This document shows, piece by piece, positions 49,452-58,500 of a DNA stretch of 64,000 nucleotides. The position numbers were made by a program, and so were the translations under genes. The notes beneath the pieces are model-generated. The model was not told the DNA's origin. It was given only the letters and a program-made list of their open reading frames with translations, and did not search any database. Within the stretch, counting starts at the first letter, position 1; each line of letters begins with the position of its first letter. Source of the stretch: a virus. The stretch spans positions 32,001 through 96,000 of IMG/VR virus record IMGVR_UViG_3300042898_006838. One strand, 5' to 3'.

Positions 49452-50240
49452 ATGAGCGACATCGCCAACCTCTACAACGAGGTCATGAACCAGGCGGAAG
49501 CCGAGAAGACGGCATCCGACATGAGCGAGGGCCCAGCCTTCGACAAGACTTTCTTCGAGAAGGTTGCCAACGGTGAGGAGGACGCTGTCGAAGCGCTCAA
49601 CTCCTTCATCGACGACGCCCGTTCCGAAGGCTACAGCGATGAACAGATCGAGGAAGCCATCGGCGAGTCGATGAGCGAAGCCGGCATCATCGAGAGCGAA
49701 GACGAAGGCGAAGGCGCTGACGACGGCGAAGACGAGTTCGAGCTCCACAAGGCCGCGGCTTACGCCGAGGGCGCCACGAAGGCCGTCGAAGACGTCCTTG
49801 AGACCGAGATGGCGAAGACCGCCGGCGTCACCGCCGAGGACTTCATGGAGTACGAGGTCGGCATGGCCTACGGCCAGGGCTACGCGGAAACGCGTCGCGC
49901 CGCCGAAGAGATCGTGACCAAGATCGCGGCCGCCAAGATCCCCGGCCAGAAGCTCAAGATGGGCGTCGGCGCCAAGCTCAAGCAGTACTTCCAGGGCGGC
50001 AGCGCCATGGACCGTGCGGCCAAGCGTCTCGCCGGCTCCGGCATCCAGGGCAACGCGAGCCTCAGCGACGGCACCGGCCGCATCCCGATGCAGGTCCGCA
50101 AGGCCATCCTCAGCGAAGAGAAGTCGGCCGTGAAGGGCATCGGCAAACGCCGCAAGGCCGTCGCCGGTGGTCTCGCCCTTGGTGCCGTCGGCGCCGGCGG
50201 CGCTGCTGCTGGTATGGCCGCTCGGAAGAACCGGGACTGA
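49452..50240 (+). CDS. Scaffolding-like protein: acidic N terminus, basic Gly-rich C terminus
   Basis: GGGAG RBS; D/E-rich segments separated by EKTAS, EKVAN, HKAAA, AKTAG, TKIAA. Confidence 0.65.
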   Translation: MSDIANLYNEVMNQAEAEKTASDMSEGPAFDKTFFEKVANGEEDAVEALNSFIDDARSEGYSDEQIEEAIGESMSEAGIIESEDEGEGADDGEDEFELHKAAAYAEGATKAVEDVLETEMAKTAGVTAEDFMEYEVGMAYGQGYAETRRAAEEIVTKIAAAKIPGQKLKMGVGAKLKQYFQGGSAMDRAAKRLAGSGIQGNASLSDGTGRIPMQVRKAILSEEKSAVKGIGKRRKAVAGGLALGAVGAGGAAAGMAARKNRD

Positions 50241-50241
50241 A

Positions 50242-50604
50242 ATGAAGGCCACAGACTTCGCCAAACTTGGTCGTGAGCTCGTCGCAAGCCGTAAGGAATG
50301 TGACGCTCTCAAGGTCAAACTTGCTGGTCTGGAAAAGCGGGCGGCGGCGGAGGTCTTCCTCACGTCGCTCCTGCAGGACCCCACGGCTCCCATGCACCTC
50401 CGTCCTTCGGGCGTGGAGGACTTCCTCTCCAAGAGGGACCAGGTCGAGAAACTTGACCTGGAGACCGCAAAGCTCGCCGCTCAAATGGCAAGCCGCGGAG
50501 GATTCGAGATCGGGGAACCTGAGGACGCAAGCCCCAGGTACTCCTCGTCCAGCAGCAAGGCCGACGACCAATTCGTCGACTGGCTGTCCGGTTTTGGCCA
50601 GTGA
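50242..50604 (+). CDS. Small coiled-coil scaffold-like protein
   Basis: MKATDFAK...EKRAA; between the scaffold and decoration genes. Confidence 0.6.
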   Translation: MKATDFAKLGRELVASRKECDALKVKLAGLEKRAAAEVFLTSLLQDPTAPMHLRPSGVEDFLSKRDQVEKLDLETAKLAAQMASRGGFEIGEPEDASPRYSSSSSKADDQFVDWLSGFGQ

Positions 50605-50628
50605 ACATTTGAGCGGAGGAATACCCCC

Positions 50629-51054
50629 ATGTCGATCGAGATCATCACCCGCCGTGCACCTGAAGATCGCCGCTCTGTGGCGCTCAATCCCGCGGCCCTG
50701 CCGACCATCAAGGCCGGGCAGATTCTGCAGAAGATCGGCGGTTTTGCCGTCCTCGCCGATGGCGCGGCTCCCATCCCCGACCCGATGTGGGCTTTCACCC
50801 AGACCGGCCGTCTGGACACTGACATCAGCAAGTCAGTGACCATCGTCGAAGCTCCGTTCTCTGCCAAGGTCAACAGCGACTGCTACGTCGGATCACCCGC
50901 CGCCGGCAACGCTCTCAAGGTCGGCACCGGCGCCGACAAGGGTAAGCTGGTCGTCGCGACCCTGCCCGCCGACCAGTCAGCTGCACTCGTCGTCGCGTTC
51001 TGCGTCACGGGTCCGGATGCCGACAACAAGATCGAGATCAAAGCCGTCCGCTGA
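50629..51054 (+). CDS. Head decoration / capsid cement protein (putative)
   Basis: GGAGG RBS; 141 aa, beta-rich, directly before the major capsid gene. Confidence 0.6.
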   Translation: MSIEIITRRAPEDRRSVALNPAALPTIKAGQILQKIGGFAVLADGAAPIPDPMWAFTQTGRLDTDISKSVTIVEAPFSAKVNSDCYVGSPAAGNALKVGTGADKGKLVVATLPADQSAALVVAFCVTGPDADNKIEIKAVR

Positions 51055-51096
51055 GCTTGGTCACAATTCCCCGCCCAGGGATCTGAAGGAGAAGTC

Positions 51097-52005
51097 ATGT
51101 CCGAGTTCGGAAGCAACCTGAATCGAATCTTCGTGGAAAACATCCGCGACCCGGCCATGCGAAAGGAGGCAGAAGAGCGCTCTCAGGCCTACCTGAAGCT
51201 GCGTGTCTACGAGGACAGCTTCCTGTCCCGTATCCTTCCGCCGAAGCCCATCAGCCCAAGCCAGTGCGATCGTACTCTCGAATCTCCGACGATGCTCCGC
51301 AAGATCATCGACAAGGAGTACACGGACGTGACCGCGACGGTCATGGATTTCCGTGGCAAGGGCAACTACAAGTTCATCGAGACTGCCCAGTATGCGGTCG
51401 ACTTCCACAAGATCGAGTCGGAAGAGTACCACATCACCGAACAGGAGCTCCGAGCCAAGGAGCAACCGGTCCAGTCCCTGATCAAGCACCACACGGCGCG
51501 CCAGATCCAGGAGGTCATGGACCGGACCTTCATCAACGCCATCGAGGCCATCCTCGCCGCGAACCCGACCCAGGCGATCACCGACAGCAGCGACATCATC
51601 CTGCCGTCGAACATCACCAAGCTGCGCAACGTCCTCGACGGCCGCTCGACCTTCCCTCAGGTCGCTGCCACGCTGCTGATGTCGAGCGCTCAGTTCAACA
51701 ACATGGCTGTCTGGCCTCAGGCCGGCGTCGACAACGGCATGGGCCAGGAGTACTGGGCCGACGGCTACAAGTACGACAAGCTCTACGGTCTGCGCGTCGT
51801 CAAGACGATCAAGTCGAACCTCGTGCCCAACAACAAGGTCTACGCCTTCGTGGCTCCCGAGTTCCTCGGCCACCACCTGACGTTCAACGACGACCGGTTC
51901 CAGATCAAGACCGAGTGGGACGACATCGCCTGGAAGGCGTGGAAGACCCACGGCGCCGCCATCGGCAACAACTTCGGCGTCGCCAGCTTGACCCTCGGCG
52001 TCTGA
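51097..52005 (+). CDS. Major capsid protein (HK97 fold, putative)
   Basis: AAGGAG RBS, strong codon bias, 302 aa; FLSRILPP, IQEVMDRTFI, VPNNKVYAF; followed by a terminator. Confidence 0.8.
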   Translation: MSEFGSNLNRIFVENIRDPAMRKEAEERSQAYLKLRVYEDSFLSRILPPKPISPSQCDRTLESPTMLRKIIDKEYTDVTATVMDFRGKGNYKFIETAQYAVDFHKIESEEYHITEQELRAKEQPVQSLIKHHTARQIQEVMDRTFINAIEAILAANPTQAITDSSDIILPSNITKLRNVLDGRSTFPQVAATLLMSSAQFNNMAVWPQAGVDNGMGQEYWADGYKYDKLYGLRVVKTIKSNLVPNNKVYAFVAPEFLGHHLTFNDDRFQIKTEWDDIAWKAWKTHGAAIGNNFGVASLTLGV

Positions 52006-52035
52006 GCCGCGAGCTGAAAAATGAAAGCACCGGTG

Positions 52036-52076
52036 ACGGGGCGATCCGGGTAAACTGGACCGCCCCGTTCCCTTTT
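52036..52076 (+). terminator. Probable terminator after the capsid gene
   Basis: ACGGGGCG...CGCCCCGT stem followed by TCCCTTTT. Confidence 0.55.
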
Positions 52077-52095
52077 CACAAGCAGGAGTAGAGAC

Positions 52096-52500
52096 ATGCC
52101 TCACTTTCACAACCCAAAGGGACACGTCGACGGCTGGTGGCGCAACCAGGCCCTTGACGGCAACGGCGCGCCTCGCGCCCTCAACCTCGGGCTCGTGAGC
52201 CTGGCTCCCGGGTCAGCGCGCTTTGTCGACGCCAAGACCGTGGACCGCAGCGGCGGCGCCTTCGACAACGCCAAGTCCGCGGGCCTGGTGGCCGGCCCTT
52301 TCGCCACCGAGGCCCAGGCCACGGCTCCTGCCGCCAAGTCGGCGCCGGCACCGAAGCCCGAGCCGACGCAGCCGGCCGCTGAAGACGGTGAACCGTCCCC
52401 GGCCCCGGCGCCGAAGTCGGAAGAATCAGCGCCCGTCGCCGAAGAGACCTCGTCGACGGCGCCGAAGAAGAGCGAAGGCGACAAGAAGCGGAAGGGGTAG
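52096..52500 (+). CDS. Hypothetical protein with a Pro/Ala/Glu/Lys-rich tail
   Basis: AGGAG RBS; typical small gene after a capsid gene. Confidence 0.7.
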   Translation: MPHFHNPKGHVDGWWRNQALDGNGAPRALNLGLVSLAPGSARFVDAKTVDRSGGAFDNAKSAGLVAGPFATEAQATAPAAKSAPAPKPEPTQPAAEDGEPSPAPAPKSEESAPVAEETSSTAPKKSEGDKKRKG

Positions 52501-52503
52501 TCC

Positions 52504-52968
52504 ATGGCTCCGCCAGGCATTCGCAAGACCGAAGATGAGCTCGTGAAGATGGTGCGTACTTTCCTTGGCGACACGCCGGAGGAGAACAAGCTCGTCGTCG
52601 ACAAGGAGCTCAGCGACGACAAGATTCGCCTGGCGTTGAAGCTGGCCCTCGACAGCTACAACAACACGCCGCCGTACGAGAACTCCAGCTACCTGACGTT
52701 TCCTAGCCTGACACTGATCCTGCATGGGGCTGTCATCCAGTGCCTGACCATGGCCGGTATCGTCAGCAGCCGGAACTACCTGAGCTTCAACGACGGCGGC
52801 ATCAGCGAGGTCGTCAGCGACAAGGCCGGTGCCTACCAGGGCTGGATTTCCAGCCTGGTCGGCGCCTACCAATCCGAGCTCTCCAACATCAAGGTCAGCT
52901 TGAACATGGAGCGCAACTTCGGCGTGATCCCAAGCCCGTACGGGAACGTCTTCGACTTCGACAGCTGA
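52504..52968 (+). CDS. Head-tail adaptor (putative)
   Basis: VRTFLGD...LSDDKI...LSFNDGGIS is adaptor-like; context fits. Confidence 0.65.
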   Translation: MAPPGIRKTEDELVKMVRTFLGDTPEENKLVVDKELSDDKIRLALKLALDSYNNTPPYENSSYLTFPSLTLILHGAVIQCLTMAGIVSSRNYLSFNDGGISEVVSDKAGAYQGWISSLVGAYQSELSNIKVSLNMERNFGVIPSPYGNVFDFDS

Positions 52969-52974
52969 GGGGTC

Positions 52975-53772
52975 ATGCGCTTCTACGACACCCGAGTCCT
53001 GGCTATGCCCCGTGAGGGCCTGCATGTGCAGTGGCAGTTGGAGCCCGAGGACACGGACATGTCCAGCGTCGAGGTGGAGTTGCAGCGCAGCGAGAGTCCG
53101 CTCGGGCCCTTCGAGGTCCTGCAGGCCTTCGACCCGGTGTCGGTCTTCGCGTTCACGGACAAGACCGTGCCCTGGCGACCGAAGGGCTGGGAGATCTACT
53201 ACCGCCTGGTGGCCAGGAATAAGACCAGCGGCGACGTCGTGCACGAGGGACGAGCCTTTGGAATGCAGGGACAGCTGCCTCTCGACGCCCTGGAGATCAT
53301 CAGGCAGCACAACATCATGCTCCGTGGCGTCAATGGCCACGGCGCGTACAACGGCACACTCTGCACCGTCTACAAGCGCAGGAACTTCGGAGCTCGCTGC
53401 GTGTTCTGCGTCGACGCCCAGACCGGTCGCGTGACCATCAGCGGCTGCCGGAGCTGCGGCGGCACCGGCTTCTCGGGCACCGGCTACTACGCGCCCGTGG
53501 ACGTGTTCATCGCCCTGCAACCCAACGCCAGGAACCCGCAGATCACGATGCTGGGCAAGCTTGAGGACAACGAGACCAGCGGCTACCTCGTCAACTTCCC
53601 AGTGCTCTACGGCGGAGATCTGATCGTGGAGCCCAGCGAGGTCCACTGGCGGGTTGTTGCCGTGGAGCCTACGCTGCGCCATCGTGTCATCGTCAGACAG
53701 TCACTGCGCCTTCGACAGCTAGACCACAACGACGTAGAGTACGAGACTCTTCGTCACAGCAGCCACAGATGA
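52975..53772 (+). CDS. Neck / head-closure protein (putative) with a CxxC..CxxCxGxG zinc finger
   Basis: RCVFC...GCRSCGGTGF; GDLIVE..WRV stopper-like C terminus. Confidence 0.6.
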   Translation: MRFYDTRVLAMPREGLHVQWQLEPEDTDMSSVEVELQRSESPLGPFEVLQAFDPVSVFAFTDKTVPWRPKGWEIYYRLVARNKTSGDVVHEGRAFGMQGQLPLDALEIIRQHNIMLRGVNGHGAYNGTLCTVYKRRNFGARCVFCVDAQTGRVTISGCRSCGGTGFSGTGYYAPVDVFIALQPNARNPQITMLGKLEDNETSGYLVNFPVLYGGDLIVEPSEVHWRVVAVEPTLRHRVIVRQSLRLRQLDHNDVEYETLRHSSHR

Positions 53773-54098
53773 GGAACGTCATGGAAAAGACCGCCTTTGA
53801 AATCGGATTCGAAGAAGCTTTGAAGATCGCGTCCAGCGGCCAGCCCATGGTCGACTCGTCTCCGGCTCCCTACCTCAACACCAGCGGCGGCGCGAAGGCC
53901 GGTACTCAGGGTCCGCACAACGGCGTCGTGGCCCCGGCTCCGGGATCCAGCTACTACTCTCCGCCGGCAGCAGCCGGTGGCCACTTGAACACAAACTCCT
54001 CGCCATCGACCGGTGAGAAGGGCAAGAGCGAGACGGGGACACTGGCCATGTGCAAGGACGCCGCCCTCGCCATCGCGTCCAGGAACCGGAGCCGCTGA
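53769..54098 (+). CDS. Small disordered protein with an EKTA-FEIG..KIAS leader
   Basis: MEKTAFEIGFEEALKIAS. Confidence 0.65.
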   Translation: MRNVMEKTAFEIGFEEALKIASSGQPMVDSSPAPYLNTSGGAKAGTQGPHNGVVAPAPGSSYYSPPAAAGGHLNTNSSPSTGEKGKSETGTLAMCKDAALAIASRNRSR

Positions 54099-54706
54099 TG
54101 TCAGTGAGAGACGACGTACTCGCCAAGAGTCGAGAACATATGGAAAAGGAGGCGAATGTCTTCGCCAACGCCTTGAACCGTGCGGGATCACTCGTCGGGC
54201 GAGGCGTCGCCTCTGTCGCTGGCAAGGGTGGTCAGCTTCTCTCCAACCCCAGCTCTCGCCTCGGCCAGCTTGCTGACCGAGTCAGCACGTCAGCTGCCGG
54301 GCAGGGGGCTGCCAGCCGCGCGGCTCTGGCGAAGAGAGTCGAAGATCGAGCTCAAACCGCGGCTCAGAGCCGGGTGATGAAGAAGATGACGCCGGCCGAG
54401 CGCGTCAGCGTCCGGCAAGACCAGTCGGCGTCGCGGGCAGCGGCCAAGGCCAAGGCCAACGCGCCGATGCCGCAGTCCGCTGCTCCTGTCGGCGTGTCCC
54501 AGGCACCGGCTCAAGCCCAGGCCGCCGGTGGTCAGGTTGTTCCCATCCGTCCGGGCATGGGCTTGGGCAAGAAGGTCATGATCGGTGGCGGGCTTCTGGC
54601 TGGCGGCTCGATGATTGGCGGTGCCGTCGGCGCCGGCAAGCAGAGCGTTCAGCAGCAGATGGCCAGCGGCCAGATCGTGCCCGGAAACTACGAACAGCAG
54701 GGATGA
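54098..54706 (+). CDS. Basic Ala/Gly-rich protein with an EKEA leader and a C-terminal glycine-zipper-like helix
   Basis: TGATG coupling; IGGGLLAGGSMIGGAVGAG. Confidence 0.7.
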   Translation: MSVRDDVLAKSREHMEKEANVFANALNRAGSLVGRGVASVAGKGGQLLSNPSSRLGQLADRVSTSAAGQGAASRAALAKRVEDRAQTAAQSRVMKKMTPAERVSVRQDQSASRAAAKAKANAPMPQSAAPVGVSQAPAQAQAAGGQVVPIRPGMGLGKKVMIGGGLLAGGSMIGGAVGAGKQSVQQQMASGQIVPGNYEQQG

Positions 54707-55545
54707 CTGGTCGAATCTTCATCCACACGCTCTCACTACCAGAGCGAATTTGGGTGGACTTTTTCCGGGTCTTTTTTAGCCAGAGGTATCTCCTGGTTGA
54801 CGAGGACATGCGCCCCGTCGAGAACCAGTTCTTGATCGAGCAGTCCCTGGAGCCGGGGAACAGACGCTTCGATGTCCTCTTCGAGAGCGACATGGAAAAA
54901 GCGAATCCAAACATCCTGCCCTGCCTCGTCATCGAGGACACGGGTACGGCTCAGACTGGAATCCTTCTCAACGAGCTTAGGACCTGGGCTGTGAAACCAG
55001 CGTCTATGCGTGACCGCACGGACTTGCTGCGCAGCACCTACGTCTTTCACTGCTGCAGTCGTCACCGAGGAGAAAGCCGTCTGCTGGCTTCTATTGTCAG
55101 CGCGGCCGTTACCTCGTTCAGAGACGCGTTGCTTGAAGCTGGTCTGCACAAGATCGATCCATGGTCCATTGGAAAGACCATGGCTCTCAAGGCAGACAAC
55201 GACGAGGTTTACGTCGACACGCCTGTGACGGTGAACTTCAGTTTCCAGGAGCGATGGAAGACCATCGAGAACAGCGACAGCTTCTACGAGCATTACTGCC
55301 TGGCTATCGCCGCCGACCAGCTGGTACGCTACGTGCGCACGGCCATGGCTGTGAGCGATTCCTTCCTGATTCCCTACGTGAAGACGACAATGGACATCGA
55401 GAACATCAACATCAACAACTACGTGATGAGCTCGATGTCTCTGTCAGATCCGACCTCGTCGTCGTTCTTCATTAACAGCCGCGTCGACGTCGTCGATGCT
55501 GACAATGTCACGAAATACCTGAGGACGTCGATGCGCGTGTCTTGA
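54703..55545 (+). CDS. Tail terminator / completion protein (putative) with C-terminal YVRTxM repeats
   Basis: Directly before the sheath gene; LPCLVI and YVFHCCS..ES..LA pattern. Confidence 0.6.
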   Translation: MTGRIFIHTLSLPERIWVDFFRVFFSQRYLLVDEDMRPVENQFLIEQSLEPGNRRFDVLFESDMEKANPNILPCLVIEDTGTAQTGILLNELRTWAVKPASMRDRTDLLRSTYVFHCCSRHRGESRLLASIVSAAVTSFRDALLEAGLHKIDPWSIGKTMALKADNDEVYVDTPVTVNFSFQERWKTIENSDSFYEHYCLAIAADQLVRYVRTAMAVSDSFLIPYVKTTMDIENININNYVMSSMSLSDPTSSSFFINSRVDVVDADNVTKYLRTSMRVS

Positions 55546-55589
55546 GATAGCTCAAGTCCGCGACTAGACTCCCACACGCGAGGTGCGCC

Positions 55590-58500
55590 ATGGCCTATGA
55601 AGAACCAGGGATCAAAGTCATTCAGCAGCTGTCACAGGCTGCTGCAAACATCGCCGCGGCGACGCAGGCTGCGACGCTGGTTGGCGAGCTCTACGAGGTC
55701 TTCAGTGACCGAGTGCTGACCAGGCGCTATGACGCGTTGACCGGCGCCGGAAGCCAGGCTTTCACCTGGCCAGGGAAGAAGACGACGTCTGTCGTCGATC
55801 TCGCTGGCGTCCGCAAGGACACGGCTGAGCCCGACAGCCAGCTCGACGAATACGCCGTATTCCCACTGGCGTTCAAACTCCGTGACCCGATCACGAGCCA
55901 GATCTTTTCCATCGACAAAATCTCCGGTGTCTTCGGCGTAAGCCAGACCGGGTTTTCGCTGGCCGAGAAGGTGGACGCCGCCGGCGCCCGTCTCTCCGGT
56001 GCCGTGGGAACTGGCGCCCAGGCCAACCGCCTTCACTCCCGCCTCGGCGGCGCGGTGAACGCCGGCGTCAGCGTCGGTGACCGCGTGCGCGTGACCAACG
56101 CGCCGACCTTGCCCATCTTCGACATCCGCGGCAAGGTCACGGCCTTCGCCGACGACGACGTCACGTTCCAGGGCGACGGCACCCAGTTCAAGGTCAACGC
56201 CTCGACCGCCGCCGGCTCGGCGACGTTCGTGGCCACGGTCACGGACAAGGCCGTCACGCTCCCGGCCACCGGCGTCATCCGCGTCGACAGCGGCGGCAAG
56301 ACCGAGGATCTGGCCTACGGCAGCGTCTCCGTCGCCGGCCTCGTCCACACCTTCACGCTCGCGGGCGCCACGCTCACGCGCCTGCAGCATGACGCGCAGG
56401 TCGACGTCAAACTCCTGGTCCGCAATACCGTGAACATGGCGTTGACCGACGGCAACATCGTCGCCTCCAGCGGTCACGTCGCGTCGGCTGCCGGCGGACT
56501 GACCGGTCGCCTGAACCAGCGCATCGCAATCTGGCCCGAGAACCTGTGGGTCAACACCGGATCCGTTGCCGGCGGCGGATTCCGAGTCAACACCAGTGAC
56601 CTGACGCTGACGGAAGCCCATGTTGGACGCCTGGCCACGGTGTGGACCGACACTTCCGGCGTAACCTTCGCCACCGGCGCCAGTGTCGGCGGCGTCTCGG
56701 TCCTGGAGTTTGAGGACACGACCAACAGCCCGTTCCTGGCTGCTCACGTCGGACTCGTCATCAAGATCGGCAGCGAATACCGCCGCGTCACCAGTGTCGT
56801 CTCGGCTTCGAAGATCACGTACAGCGGCGCCAAGATCACCAACGCCGCCGGCATCACATTCTTCCTGTACGTGACGCCAGTCGTGTGCACGATCACGGCC
56901 GTCGACGTCGCCGGCGGTGGCAGTGACTTCTTCGTGGACACGGCTGTCTCGGCTGTGGCCGGTGCTCTGCCGGTGGTTATCCACCGACCCGAGTACCGCG
57001 ACGTCACCAGCGTCGTCACCGACTTTGACGTCGTGTACAGCGGCAGCGCCATCGTCCCGGACACGACCTTCGGCCGCTTCACGCCCGTGTCTCTCTTCAC
57101 CGAGAGCATGACGTTTGAGGTCATGCCAGACTTCGAGTTGCTGACCAGCTTCCGCGCCCTGGACATCGCGGCCGTAAACGACACGCTCGCCGTGTCGACG
57201 ATCAGCGAGGTTCAGAGCCTGGGAGCCGTCCACAAGGCCAACCCCTTACTCTGGGCCGCCAACTCCGCCTTGCTGGCTATGGGCACCACCGACGTGCCCG
57301 TGCTCCTGCAGTCCGTCGACCTGTTCAGCGACGCGCTGAGCGGATCAAAGTCCGGGTTCCCCGAGGACCGGCAGGAGGCGCTTGGCTACGGCCTGGCGCT
57401 TGAAATCCTGTCAAGCCAGGATAGCCCGTACTTCCTGGTGCCACTGACCAGGGACGAGAGTGTGCGCTCGGCATTCCGTGGTCACGTCCTGGCACAGAGC
57501 CAGCCGACGGCGAAGCATGAGCGCGTGGTCTACCAGACCTACGACCTCCCGCTCGGAGACGTCGAGAGCGTCGAGGGCCTGATCGCCCCCGGCTTCAACG
57601 GCGGCAACAAGCGCATCACCGACATCGGCGCCGGCTTCATCTCCACCCACGGCCTGATCCCCGGCAACGCCGTCGTGATCCAGAAGCCTGCGGCCTTCGC
57701 CGGCAGCTACGTCATCGCCGCGGGCAGCGACGACGACAACCTGGTCCTCGAAGGCACGCCCTGGCAGCAGGATGGCGCCGGCTCGTTCCTGTCCGCGGCC
57801 AAGGAGTTCTCGGTTGCCAACGCTGACACCACGGTCACAAACGTCGTCGACTCGGCGACCAGCGGCGTGTGGAAGGACGTGCAGCCCGGCGACTACCTGC
57901 TGCTCGGCAGCCAGACGCGTCTGATCACGGCCGTCAGCAACTTCGCCCCGGGCACCAACAACCGCCTGGCCTACAGCGGTTCGGCGCTGACGCCGGCGGC
58001 GGCGTCGCAGAGCGTCTCGATCCTGCGCACCAGCGTCGGAGTCGAGTTCTACGCCAAGCCCATGGACAAGACCGAGCAGGCGGCGGCCATCGCCGCCATC
58101 AGCCAGGGTCTCGGCAGCCGTCGCTACGTCAACTTCTGGCCCGACTCCGTCGAGCAGATCACGGGCACTGACACGCAGGGTAACGAAGTCAAGGAGCTGG
58201 TCCCCAGCTTCTACGCCGCGGCGGCCGAGGCCGGTCGTGACAGCGTTATCCCCAGCGCCCGTAGCTCCACCGGCATGTCGCTGGCCGGTTTCACGGGCCT
58301 CGACCACAGCAACCGCTACTTCTCGACGGCTCAGCTGAACGTCATCGCCGGCGGCGGCTGGTCGATCCTGGAGCAGAAGGTCGTCGGAGGTCCGGTGACG
58401 ATGCGGCACCTGTTGACCACGGACATGTCCACGGTCAAGAGCCAGGAGCTCAGCTTCACGAAGAACGTCGACAACATGGCCAAGGTCAAGCGCGCGAGCA

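Noticed and set aside
22711-55570. TAnnnT hexamers before late genes (TAGAAT 22711, TAGGAT 29771, TACGCT ~46397, TAGACT ~55565) as a late promoter consensus
   Set aside because: Too little information content and no shared upstream element; plausible but not supportable without TSS data.
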